The position numbers were made by a program, and so were the translations under genes. The notes under the pieces were generated by a model. It was not told the DNA's origin. It made no database searches and saw only the letters and a program-made list of their open reading frames with translations. DNA of 64,000 nt, taken from an uncultured Acidimicrobiales bacterium (lineage in GTDB: Bacteria > Actinomycetota > Acidimicrobiia > Acidimicrobiales > SZUA-35). The stretch covers positions 156 through 64,155 of the forward strand of contig CALJMD010000211.1 of assembly GCA_937981915.1 (NCBI GenBank), in the 5' to 3' direction. Shown here one piece after another: positions 56,336 to 64,000 of this stretch (position 1 is the stretch's first letter; the number at the start of each line of letters is the position of its first letter).

Positions 56336-58537
56336 ATGCTCATGAGCTCAGACGGTGCGACAGAATCCCCCGACTCCGGGGAGCCAAACACGACCGGCAC
56401 CGAGGACGACTTCACACCTCACACTGCCCCATGGGCCGACAAGGCCACCTCTGAGCTTCGAGGGCGGAGCCTCGACGACCTGACGGTGACAACCCCTGAG
56501 CAAATTCCCGTCAAACCGCTCTACACCAGCGAGGACCTGGAAGGCCTCGATCACCTCGGCACTCTTCCAGGCTTCCCTCCCTACGTTCGAGGCCCCCGGG
56601 CCACGATGTACGCCAACCGCCCATGGACCATCCGCCAATACGCCGGTTTCTCAACGGCGGAAGAGTCAAACGCCTTCTACCGCAGGAACCTCGACGCAGG
56701 CCAGATGGGACTGTCGGTTGCCTTCGACTTGGCCACCCATCGGGGCTACGACTCCGACCACGAGCGAGTAGTCGGAGATGTCGGCAAGGCCGGCGTAGCC
56801 ATCGACTCGGTCGAGGACATGAAGATCCTCTTCGACGGCATTCCGCTCGACCAGATGTCGGTCTCGATGACGATGAACGGTGCCGTGCTCCCAATCATGG
56901 CCTGCTACATCGTCGCCGGACAGGAACAAGGTGTTGACACCGCTCAACTTTCGGGGACCATTCAGAATGACATTCTGAAAGAATTTATGGTCCGCAACAC
57001 CTACATTTATCCGCCCGAGCCGAGTATGCGGATCGTGGCCGACATCATCGCCTACACCGCTACCAACATGGGCCGATTCAATTCGGTGTCGATTTCCGGT
57101 TACCACATGCTGGAGGCCGGTGCCCCCGCCGACTTGGAGCTGGCCTACACCTTGGCCGACGGCGTCGAGTATGTCCGATCGGCGCTAGCTGCGGGCCTGG
57201 ACGTGGATCAGTTCGCCGGGCGACTCAGCTTCTTCTTCGGCATCGGCATGGACCTGTTCATGGAGGTGGCCAAGCTCCGAGCCGCCAGGCTCCTATGGGC
57301 CGAGCTCATGGCCCAATTCGAGCCACAAAACCCGCGATCTTCAATGTTGCGCACCCACTGTCAAACCTCCGGTGTGTCATTGACCGAACAGGACCCGTAC
57401 AACAACGTGGTTCGCACCACGCTCGAAGCGCTCTCCGCTGTCCTTGGAGGCACGCAAAGCCTTCACACCAACGCCTTCGACGAAGCCTTAGGGCTGCCGA
57501 CCGACATGAGTGCCCGGATTGCTCGAAACACCCAGCTCATCTTGGCTGAGGAGTCCGGAGTTACCCGCACCATCGACCCGTTGGCCGGTTCCTATTACGT
57601 CGAGGCACTTACCGCCGATCTGGCCGATCGGGCCAGAACCGTGATCGCTGAGGTTGAAGAGCTGGGTGGCATGACCGCCGCTATCGCTCAAGGGCTTCCG
57701 AAGTTGCGCATCGAAGAGGCAGCCGCCCGCAAGCAAGCCCGAGTGGATCAGGGCCACGATGTCATCGTGGGCGTCAACAAGTACCGGGCCGACATCGAAG
57801 ACTCGGTTGACGTGCTTGACATTGACAACACCGCGGTTCGGGAGAGCCAGATCGCCAGGTTGGATGAGGTCCGCAAGAACCGCGACGATGCTGCAGTCGC
57901 TGCCGCGCTGGCCAACCTCACTGACGCCGCCAGGGGTGACTCAAACCTCCTTGCTGCTTGTGTGGAGGCAGCCAGGTTGCGGGCCACCGTCGGTGAAATG
58001 TCGTTGGCAATGGAGGAGGTATTTGGGCGTCACCAGGCCCAAACCCGTACCGTGAGCGGCGTGTACGCCTCTGCCTACGGCGACTCCGAAGAGTTCGCCG
58101 AACTGTCCGGAAAGGTCGATGCCTTCGCCTCAGACCACGGACGACGACCTCGGTTGTTGGTCACAAAACTCGGGCAGGACGGTCACGATCGAGGGGCGAA
58201 AGTTATCGCCACCGCATTCGCCGATCTCGGTTTCGACGTAGACGTCGGGCCGTTGTTTCAAACCCCGGCGGAAGCAGCCCGAGACGCGATCGACAATGAC
58301 GTGCACGTTGTCGGAGTCTCGTCGCAGGCCGCAGGACACAAGACGTTGGTTCCCGAGTTGATCGGCGAGCTCCGAAGCAACGGGGCAGACGACATCATTG
58401 TGGTGTGCGGCGGCGTCATCCCACCGAAGGACTATCCGTTCCTCACCGACGCCGGTGTGGCGGACATTTTCGGTCCAGGAACGAACATCACCGAAGCCGC
58501 CGGTCGGGTGCTGAATCTGATCCGCAAAGCCTCCTGA
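56336..58537 (+). CDS. mcm: methylmalonyl-CoA mutase, large (catalytic + B12-binding) subunit
   Basis: [43 protein letters not shown], and a C-terminal B12-binding domain with [13 protein letters not shown] (DxHxxG). Start ATG 56336 or ATG 56342. Confidence 0.95.
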   Translation: MLMSSDGATESPDSGEPNTTGTEDDFTPHTAPWADKATSELRGRSLDDLTVTTPEQIPVKPLYTSEDLEGLDHLGTLPGFPPYVRGPRATMYANRPWTIRQYAGFSTAEESNAFYRRNLDAGQMGLSVAFDLATHRGYDSDHERVVGDVGKAGVAIDSVEDMKILFDGIPLDQMSVSMTMNGAVLPIMACYIVAGQEQGVDTAQLSGTIQNDILKEFMVRNTYIYPPEPSMRIVADIIAYTATNMGRFNSVSISGYHMLEAGAPADLELAYTLADGVEYVRSALAAGLDVDQFAGRLSFFFGIGMDLFMEVAKLRAARLLWAELMAQFEPQNPRSSMLRTHCQTSGVSLTEQDPYNNVVRTTLEALSAVLGGTQSLHTNAFDEALGLPTDMSARIARNTQLILAEESGVTRTIDPLAGSYYVEALTADLADRARTVIAEVEELGGMTAAIAQGLPKLRIEEAAARKQARVDQGHDVIVGVNKYRADIEDSVDVLDIDNTAVRESQIARLDEVRKNRDDAAVAAALANLTDAARGDSNLLAACVEAARLRATVGEMSLAMEEVFGRHQAQTRTVSGVYASAYGDSEEFAELSGKVDAFASDHGRRPRLLVTKLGQDGHDRGAKVIATAFADLGFDVDVGPLFQTPAEAARDAIDNDVHVVGVSSQAAGHKTLVPELIGELRSNGADDIIVVCGGVIPPKDYPFLTDAGVADIFGPGTNITEAAGRVLNLIRKAS

Positions 58538-58550
58538 TTCGGGCGCTGAA

Positions 58551-59510
58551 ATGATCGACGATCTGGTAGCCGGCGATCGGCGAGCGCTGGCCCGAACAAT
58601 CACCACTCTGGAGTCGACAAACCCCGACGATCGAATCCGGGCTGAGCACATTCTTGAAGCCGTCCTCCCCCACTCCGGCAAATCGATTCGAGTCGGCATC
58701 ACGGGAACCCCCGGCGTCGGCAAGAGCACGTTCATCAACAAGCTCGGCCAACATCTACTCGACCGGGGCCATCGCCTCGCGGTACTGACCGTTGACCCGT
58801 CGAGTCGATCGACCGGCGGTTCGATCCTGGGTGACAAGACAAGAATGGCCGACCTGGCTACCGCCACTAACGCCTACGTTCGGCCCTCGCCGTCGGGTGG
58901 ACGGACCGGTGGTGTCGCCCTGCGAACCCATGAAGCGGTCCTGGCTTGCGAGGCAGCCGGCTTTGACGTCGTGTTGGTTGAGACAGTCGGTGTCGGCCAG
59001 TCTGAAACCGCAGTTGAGGACGTCTCCGACGCGTTCTTGTTGCTGGTGGGGCCAGGCGGGGGCGACGACCTCCAGGGAATCAAGCGCGGCATCATGGAGC
59101 TGGCCGACGTGGTCGCGGTAAACAAGGCCGATGGCGACCAACATCCGTTGGCTCTTCGAACGGCCGCTGACTATCAAAACGCCCTTTCGCTGGTTCGACC
59201 CAAAAACACCGCCCTTGGACCCCCGCCGGTACTAACCTGCTCGGCAATTACAGGTGAAGGCGTGAGCGGAGTCTGGGAGGCGGTCGAGCATTTGCATTCG
59301 TCGCTGGAGTCGACCGGAGCGCTACAGGCCAAGCGTCAACATCAGGCCCTTCACCACTTCGAAGCGGAAGTACAACGCCTGTTGATGGCTAGTGCCCACC
59401 GAAGCGGCTCATTTCGAGCGCTCCACGACCAGCTCGCCGATGAGGTGAGTAGTGGGCGTCGCTCGGTGGCCGGCGCCGCCCGGCGACTCATGGAAGCTCA
59501 CTCTCACTGA
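58551..59510 (+). CDS. meaB: methylmalonyl-CoA mutase-associated G3E GTPase MeaB/ArgK
   Basis: P-loop [19 protein letters not shown] and NKAD. Lies 13 nt downstream of mcm. Confidence 0.9.
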   Translation: MIDDLVAGDRRALARTITTLESTNPDDRIRAEHILEAVLPHSGKSIRVGITGTPGVGKSTFINKLGQHLLDRGHRLAVLTVDPSSRSTGGSILGDKTRMADLATATNAYVRPSPSGGRTGGVALRTHEAVLACEAAGFDVVLVETVGVGQSETAVEDVSDAFLLLVGPGGGDDLQGIKRGIMELADVVAVNKADGDQHPLALRTAADYQNALSLVRPKNTALGPPPVLTCSAITGEGVSGVWEAVEHLHSSLESTGALQAKRQHQALHHFEAEVQRLLMASAHRSGSFRALHDQLADEVSSGRRSVAGAARRLMEAHSH

Positions 59511-59515
59511 TCGAG

Positions 59516-59540
59516 GGGGCCGAACAACCGAGGCGGCCCC
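59516..59540. terminator. GC-rich hairpin between convergent meaB and rmlA (possible bidirectional terminator)
   Basis: ggggccg (59516..59522) pairs with cggcccc (59534..59540) around an 11-nt loop. No clear U-tract on either strand. Confidence 0.35.
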
Positions 59541-59543
59541 GTG

Positions 59544-60413
59544 TCAGGACACCAGATTGATCAAGAACTCCCCGTAGCCGCTTTTGAGCAGCGGCTGAGC
59601 GAGAGCGACCAGTTGATCATCACTGATCCACCCCATCCGCCAGGCAGCCTCCTCAACACAACCGATTTTCGTACTCTGTCTCTGCTCCAAGACTCGAACA
59701 AACTCAGACGCGGCCACCATCGAGTCGAACGTACCGGTGTCTAGCCAGGCCATGCCACGACCGAACTTTGACACCTGTAGCTCACCGGCCTCCAGGTACA
59801 TTTCGTTGATAGCCGTGATCTCAAGTTCGCCACGCGGTGACGGCGTTAGCGATTCGGCGTAGTCGACCACGCGGTGGTCGTAGGCGTACAGACCGGTGAC
59901 AGCCCAGTTTGATTCCGGCTTTTGCGGTTTTTCGACGATTGATGTGGCAAGCCCACGATCATCGAAGCTGACAACTCCGTATCGCTCCGGGTCATGCACC
60001 TCCTGGGCGAAGACCGTGGCTCCGGATCCACCGACAAAGGTTTTCTGCAAGATGTCGGACAGCCCCCAGCCGTGAAAGAGGTTGTCGCCGAGAATCAACG
60101 TGCACCCTTCACCGGCCAGAAAGTCCCGGGCGATCAGAAACGACTCGGCGATTCCGTTCGGCTCTGGTTGCACGGCGTAGTCAATGGTTATGCCCCACTG
60201 GGTCCCGTCTCCCAGTAGCCGGCGAAACGCATCAGCATCATCCGGTGTGGTGATGACCATCACTTCGCGGATTCCGCCCTGCATGAGGGTGGCCAGCGGA
60301 TAGTAGATCATTGGTTTGTCGTAGACCGGCAGCAGCTGCTTGCTTACGCCGATAGTCAACGGGTGCAGACGGGTTCCCGTCCCACCGGCCAGAATGATGC
60401 CCTTGGTGGTCAA
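59544..60413 (-). CDS. rmlA: glucose-1-phosphate thymidylyltransferase
   Basis: KGIILAGGTGTRLHPLT and SKQLLPVYDKPMIYYPL. 289 aa. Confidence 0.95.
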   Translation of the reverse strand: MTTKGIILAGGTGTRLHPLTIGVSKQLLPVYDKPMIYYPLATLMQGGIREVMVITTPDDADAFRRLLGDGTQWGITIDYAVQPEPNGIAESFLIARDFLAGEGCTLILGDNLFHGWGLSDILQKTFVGGSGATVFAQEVHDPERYGVVSFDDRGLATSIVEKPQKPESNWAVTGLYAYDHRVVDYAESLTPSPRGELEITAINEMYLEAGELQVSKFGRGMAWLDTGTFDSMVAASEFVRVLEQRQSTKIGCVEEAAWRMGWISDDQLVALAQPLLKSGYGEFLINLVS

Positions 60414-60427
60414 TGCCTGCTCAATTC

Positions 60428-60988
60428 CTAGAAGAGATCCGTGACTGCGATGTCGGCCAGCAGCGGAGCGTCACGGTCCCGACCTGACAGTGTGGCGTCG
60501 GTGTCAACAACCGGCCAGCGAATGGCAAACGACGGCTCGAGCCAGTTGATGGAGCGTTCTTGGGCCGGGTCGTAGTAGGCATCGACCTTGTAGGCGACCA
60601 CCGTCTTTGGCTCCAGCGTGCAAAAGCCGTGAGCAAAGCCAGGGGGAATCCAGAGTTGCAGCCCGTTGTGAGCCGAAAGCTCGATCGCTGCGTGTTGGCC
60701 GAAGGTGGGCGACGTGCGTCGGATGTCCACCGCGACGTCAAGAATGGACCCGGCGGTCACTCGGACAAGCTTGCCCTGTGCGGAAGGTGACAGCTGGTAG
60801 TGGAGTCCGCGAACGGTTCCGACGATAAGCGACATCGACTCGTTGTCTTGGACGAACTGGTTCGAATAGCCGGTGGCGTCACCGAAGACCTGGGCGTTGA
60901 ACGCTTCATGAAAGTAGCCGCGATCGTCGCCGAAGAGTCTGGGCTCGAACAGGTGTAGTCCTTCGAGTGGCAGTTCGGTGGTGATCAT
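60428..60988 (-). CDS. rmlC: dTDP-4-dehydrorhamnose 3,5-epimerase
   Basis: Cupin motifs FGDDRGYFHE, VRGLHYQ and PGFAHGF. ATG 60988 forms an ATGA overlap with the rmlB stop. Confidence 0.9.
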   Translation of the reverse strand: MITTELPLEGLHLFEPRLFGDDRGYFHEAFNAQVFGDATGYSNQFVQDNESMSLIVGTVRGLHYQLSPSAQGKLVRVTAGSILDVAVDIRRTSPTFGQHAAIELSAHNGLQLWIPPGFAHGFCTLEPKTVVAYKVDAYYDPAQERSINWLEPSFAIRWPVVDTDATLSGRDRDAPLLADIAVTDLF

Positions 60989-62028
60989 GTCGCTGCGCCC
61001 TGTAGACCTTGACGGGTGACGGATCCGGACTTGCGCAGTAGCGGCTGCCACCACCAGCCATTCGCTACGTACCAGTCCACCGTTCGGGCCAGGCCCTCAT
61101 CGAAGTCATAGTGCGGCGCCCAACCCAAATCGGCCCGGATTCTGGCGTCGTCGATGGCGTAGCGGAGATCATGTCCTGGTCGATCCAGTACAAACTCGAT
61201 CAGCTGGTGTCGGTCCATCGAGTCCGGCGCCCGCTCGTTTACCAACTCACAGACCCGGCCTACCACGTCAAGGTTGGACAGTTCGTTGCCGCCTCCGACC
61301 GTGTACGTCTGACCTGCGCCGCCATCGTCGAGCACCCGTAGAAGAGCGCGAGCGTGATCGGAGACATGCAGCCAATCGCGCACGTTACTTCCGTCGCCGT
61401 AGACGGGAAGCGACTCCCCACGCCACGCCCGGATGATCATGAGCGGAATCATCTTCTCCGGAAACTGAAACGGTCCGAAGTTGTTCGAACAGTTGGTAAC
61501 GACGCACGGCAAGTTGTACGTTTCGGCCCATGCTCGCACCAGGTGGTCGGCCGATGCCTTGCTGGCCGAGTACGGCGAACGGGGCGAGTACGGCGTTGTC
61601 TCATCGAACCGGGAGTCGTCGAGAGGCAGCGAGCCGAACACTTCATCGGTCGACACATGAAGCATACGTTCGAGTGTCGGGAGGGATCGACAGGCTTCAA
61701 GCAGGTTGAACGTTCCAATAATGTTGGACTCGAGGAACGGTCGCGGACTGTCGATCGACCGGTCGACATGGCTCTCAGCGGCCAAATGGACGACGGCGTC
61801 AGGTTTCTCCGCCCGCATGATTCGGTCCACCACTTCGGCGTCGACCAAATCGCAACGGTAAAATGTGTACCTGTTCGACTTCTGCGCCTCAAGTAGTGAT
61901 CCGTCGGTTGACGCATAGCCGATCTTGTCGAGGTTGATCACCTCGTGGTCGGTTTCGGCTAGCAGCAATCGAACAAAGGCGGACCCGATGAAACCGAGCC
62001 CTCCGGTAACAAGAACCTTCACTGCCAA
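60985..62028 (-). CDS. rmlB: dTDP-glucose 4,6-dehydratase
   Basis: VLVTGGLGFIGSAF Rossmann motif, STDEVFG and catalytic YSASKASADHL. Confidence 0.95.
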   Translation of the reverse strand: MAVKVLVTGGLGFIGSAFVRLLLAETDHEVINLDKIGYASTDGSLLEAQKSNRYTFYRCDLVDAEVVDRIMRAEKPDAVVHLAAESHVDRSIDSPRPFLESNIIGTFNLLEACRSLPTLERMLHVSTDEVFGSLPLDDSRFDETTPYSPRSPYSASKASADHLVRAWAETYNLPCVVTNCSNNFGPFQFPEKMIPLMIIRAWRGESLPVYGDGSNVRDWLHVSDHARALLRVLDDGGAGQTYTVGGGNELSNLDVVGRVCELVNERAPDSMDRHQLIEFVLDRPGHDLRYAIDDARIRADLGWAPHYDFDEGLARTVDWYVANGWWWQPLLRKSGSVTRQGLQGAAT

Positions 62029-63677
62029 CCTCCCGGTCGGTATCCAACGTCGGGTTTGGAGCTATTGCCTTCTTGGGTTGTCGACGGGTCGGTCTGACGA
62101 TGGACGTCTTCGCCGGTGATAAGCGAAATCGGATCCGCTATCTGCCGTTCGTGGTCGAAGCTGTCTGGACCCTGCGGCTCACTTGTTCGCAGCTGTGTCT
62201 CCAAGTCGAGCACCGTTTGCACCACAACAGCCTGCAACTCGTCGACATGTCGAGCGATTGGATCAACCTGCCAGGACGTCAGGCGCTGCACCGCTTGCTT
62301 GACGTGACTAACCCCGGGACGGGCCGACGCCGCCTCAGGACGAGGTACCGACGCTAGCGCTGCGAGTTCAGCCGCTGGTGTAGACAGTCCCGGCCTTCGG
62401 TAGGCGGCCTTTGCTTGCGTCGGCTCATCGGGTTGAAGCTCGGCACGAATCTGAATTTGTTTCTGGATGAGCTGTCGATCGGGCTGGTCAATATCAACAA
62501 TCCATTCGGACGTTTCTTCGACCAACGGTTCGTGCTCACCGAAGACGGGGAGCGGCATGCTTCCGGCTTGTCTGGCTTCAACGGTCTGCAGAACAGCCGT
62601 CGCCATCTGATCGACCGAAGCACACGCCGTTCCATCGGCTGGGAGTTGGTCGATCAACTGAGGTAAGTCAGACGAGATAATCGGGGCGTCGTAAAGTCTC
62701 GCCCGTTCGATCACACCGGAGGACCAGATCTCACGGTACGGCAACACGACAGCGTCAGCCGCGGCCAGCCACATATCGAACTCGAGATCGGACACAAACC
62801 GCTCATGCAACATGGCCGATGAACTATGCCGACACATCGTGCGAAGATCGGAAATATACGTCTCGATCTCGGGGCTGTTCACCCGACCGGTGCCGACCAC
62901 GTGCAGGCGAAGCGGCGGAAGACCCACTTTCGAAGGCTGCTGCCGTGTCTGCCTGACAGCGGCGGCTACTGCCTCAACTGCCCGATCAAAGCCTTTGCTG
63001 AATTGCAAGAAGCCGATGCAAAGTAGCGCAAATTCGTCGTGCGGAAGACCGAGTCGATTCTTGGCTTCCGCCCTACCGACATCGACTCGTTTGACAAAAC
63101 GGGCCCCGTGATCGATGACCTCTATCCGGTTGGCCACCGGACCGAGTTCACTCACCAACGCCGATTTCTCTACCTCGGTGTGGACCGTGATGCGGTCAGC
63201 GGCCTTGAAGGCAAGGCGAGCGGCGTTGCGCTCCACCGGGCTTTGCCGCAGCCACTCGTAGATGATTTCGTGAAGGCGGAGCTCTAGCGCAGAGCGAGCG
63301 GTAATCGATGTTAAGGCGCCCCACACCAGCGCTCGTTCAGCGCTGGTTCGACAGCGACCAAACAGGAACTCCGGAGCAAATTGAACAACTACTCGATCGT
63401 AGTCACCGGCCTTTGCCGCCAGTTCGGCCGCTCCCCTGGGCCCACCCAGAGGCAAGTGATAGTGAGCGGCCGACGGCGTGGGCGATAGAACATCGACCTC
63501 GAGGCCGTCATGTCGCAGGCCGATCAACTCCTGTTGGGCGTAGGTGCTAATGCCGTCGCGGTAGGGAGCGAACGGGGTCACCATAAGAACCGTCTTGTCG
63601 TCTCCGGTCGGTGACGCCCCTCGGAGTCGTCGACGCAGCGAGGATAGCGATGGCGGTGACAACGGTGCAGTCGTCAT
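62019..63677 (-). CDS. GT4-like glycosyltransferase with ~190-aa C-terminal extension
   Basis: VLMVTPFAPYRDGISTYAQQE N-domain. GT-B C-domain (LHVVGTG, AADAVVLPYREIWSSGVIERARLYDAPIISSD). The extension has no motif I recognise. 10-nt overlap with rmlB. Confidence 0.65.
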   Translation of the reverse strand: MTTAPLSPPSLSSLRRRLRGASPTGDDKTVLMVTPFAPYRDGISTYAQQELIGLRHDGLEVDVLSPTPSAAHYHLPLGGPRGAAELAAKAGDYDRVVVQFAPEFLFGRCRTSAERALVWGALTSITARSALELRLHEIIYEWLRQSPVERNAARLAFKAADRITVHTEVEKSALVSELGPVANRIEVIDHGARFVKRVDVGRAEAKNRLGLPHDEFALLCIGFLQFSKGFDRAVEAVAAAVRQTRQQPSKVGLPPLRLHVVGTGRVNSPEIETYISDLRTMCRHSSSAMLHERFVSDLEFDMWLAAADAVVLPYREIWSSGVIERARLYDAPIISSDLPQLIDQLPADGTACASVDQMATAVLQTVEARQAGSMPLPVFGEHEPLVEETSEWIVDIDQPDRQLIQKQIQIRAELQPDEPTQAKAAYRRPGLSTPAAELAALASVPRPEAASARPGVSHVKQAVQRLTSWQVDPIARHVDELQAVVVQTVLDLETQLRTSEPQGPDSFDHERQIADPISLITGEDVHRQTDPSTTQEGNSSKPDVGYRPGGWQ

Positions 63678-64000
63678 GTTAGGACCTCCGGTCGTCTAGG
63701 GACTCTGTCTCGAACTCGGGCGCTTGAACCATGCGGTGGCACGAGCTCCAAGTCCGCCTGTCCCGGCGGGAAGAAGCGGTCGAGGTAGCGTTCCAGAGAG
63801 TCCAAGACCACCTCAGGTTGATAGTTAGCCTCGACGTAGGCACGACCACCGGTGGCCAGGGCGGCAGCGGCCTGCGGCTCGTGTGAAACGAAACGCAGGC
63901 ATTCGACCAGCTCGTCTTGGCCTCGGTAGACCACGCCTGCGCCCGAGCGCTCGATGTGCCACCTCACCACATCGCTGTGCCCGTTGGCCACCACCGGAGT
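63674..64000 (-). CDS. glycosyltransferase, C-terminal fragment (gene continues beyond window end)
   Basis: The frame is open to the window edge. VVANGHSDVVRWHIERSGAGVVYRGQDELVECL...GGRAYVEANYQPEVVLDSLERYL fits the C-terminal part of GT-B (GT1/GT4) enzymes. 4-nt overlap with the downstream GT4-like gene. Confidence 0.55.
   Translation of the reverse strand, partial: TPVVANGHSDVVRWHIERSGAGVVYRGQDELVECLRFVSHEPQAAAALATGGRAYVEANYQPEVVLDSLERYLDRFFPPGQADLELVPPHGSSARVRDRVPRRPEVLT

Overview
This is a visibly GC-rich (not computed) chromosomal core region of Actinomycetota type. I call about 55 protein-coding genes, most of them on the minus strand and tightly packed, with many ATGA/TTGA/GTGA start-stop overlaps. 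I found no rRNA, tRNA, CRISPR array, transposase, integrase or phage gene. Gene order follows conserved actinobacterial housekeeping blocks. From left to right these are: aroE-mltG-ruvX-alaS and rarA; aspS-hisS; relA-secF-secD-yajC-tgt-queA-ruvB-ruvA-ruvC; an ABC/ABC-2 exporter pair; yebC-pdxT-pdxS; the PIM lipid operon thrS-HIT-(membrane protein)-pgsA1-acyltransferase-pimA; plsC, mshC (mycothiol) and fabI/inhA. These are followed by two DUF21-CBS (CNNM/CorC-like) transporters and an orphan ABC ATPase, flanked by two coiled-coil M23 peptidases. Next come birA divergent from accA, an NhaP-type antiporter and an LpdA-like flavoprotein. The right end holds a cell-envelope glycan cluster: a coiled-coil protein, a tandem GT2 and a sulfotransferase-like protein, then rmlA-rmlC-rmlB and two GT4-like genes. 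The cluster is interrupted by mcm-meaB. I did not find a clear-cut novel multi-gene system such as a defence island or mobile element. The best leads are: (1) an orphan ATP-grasp-like 501-aa protein inserted between relA and hisS; (2) the coiled-coil/tandem-GT2/sulfotransferase-like operon next to the rhamnose genes; (3) an HtpX/M48-like protein whose HExxH is replaced by AELMV, translationally coupled to a DUF3048 lipoprotein downstream of pimA; (4) a 226-nt structured leader upstream of an M23 peptidase. All functional calls rest on motifs read by eye from the ORF track. No database search or covariance model was run.
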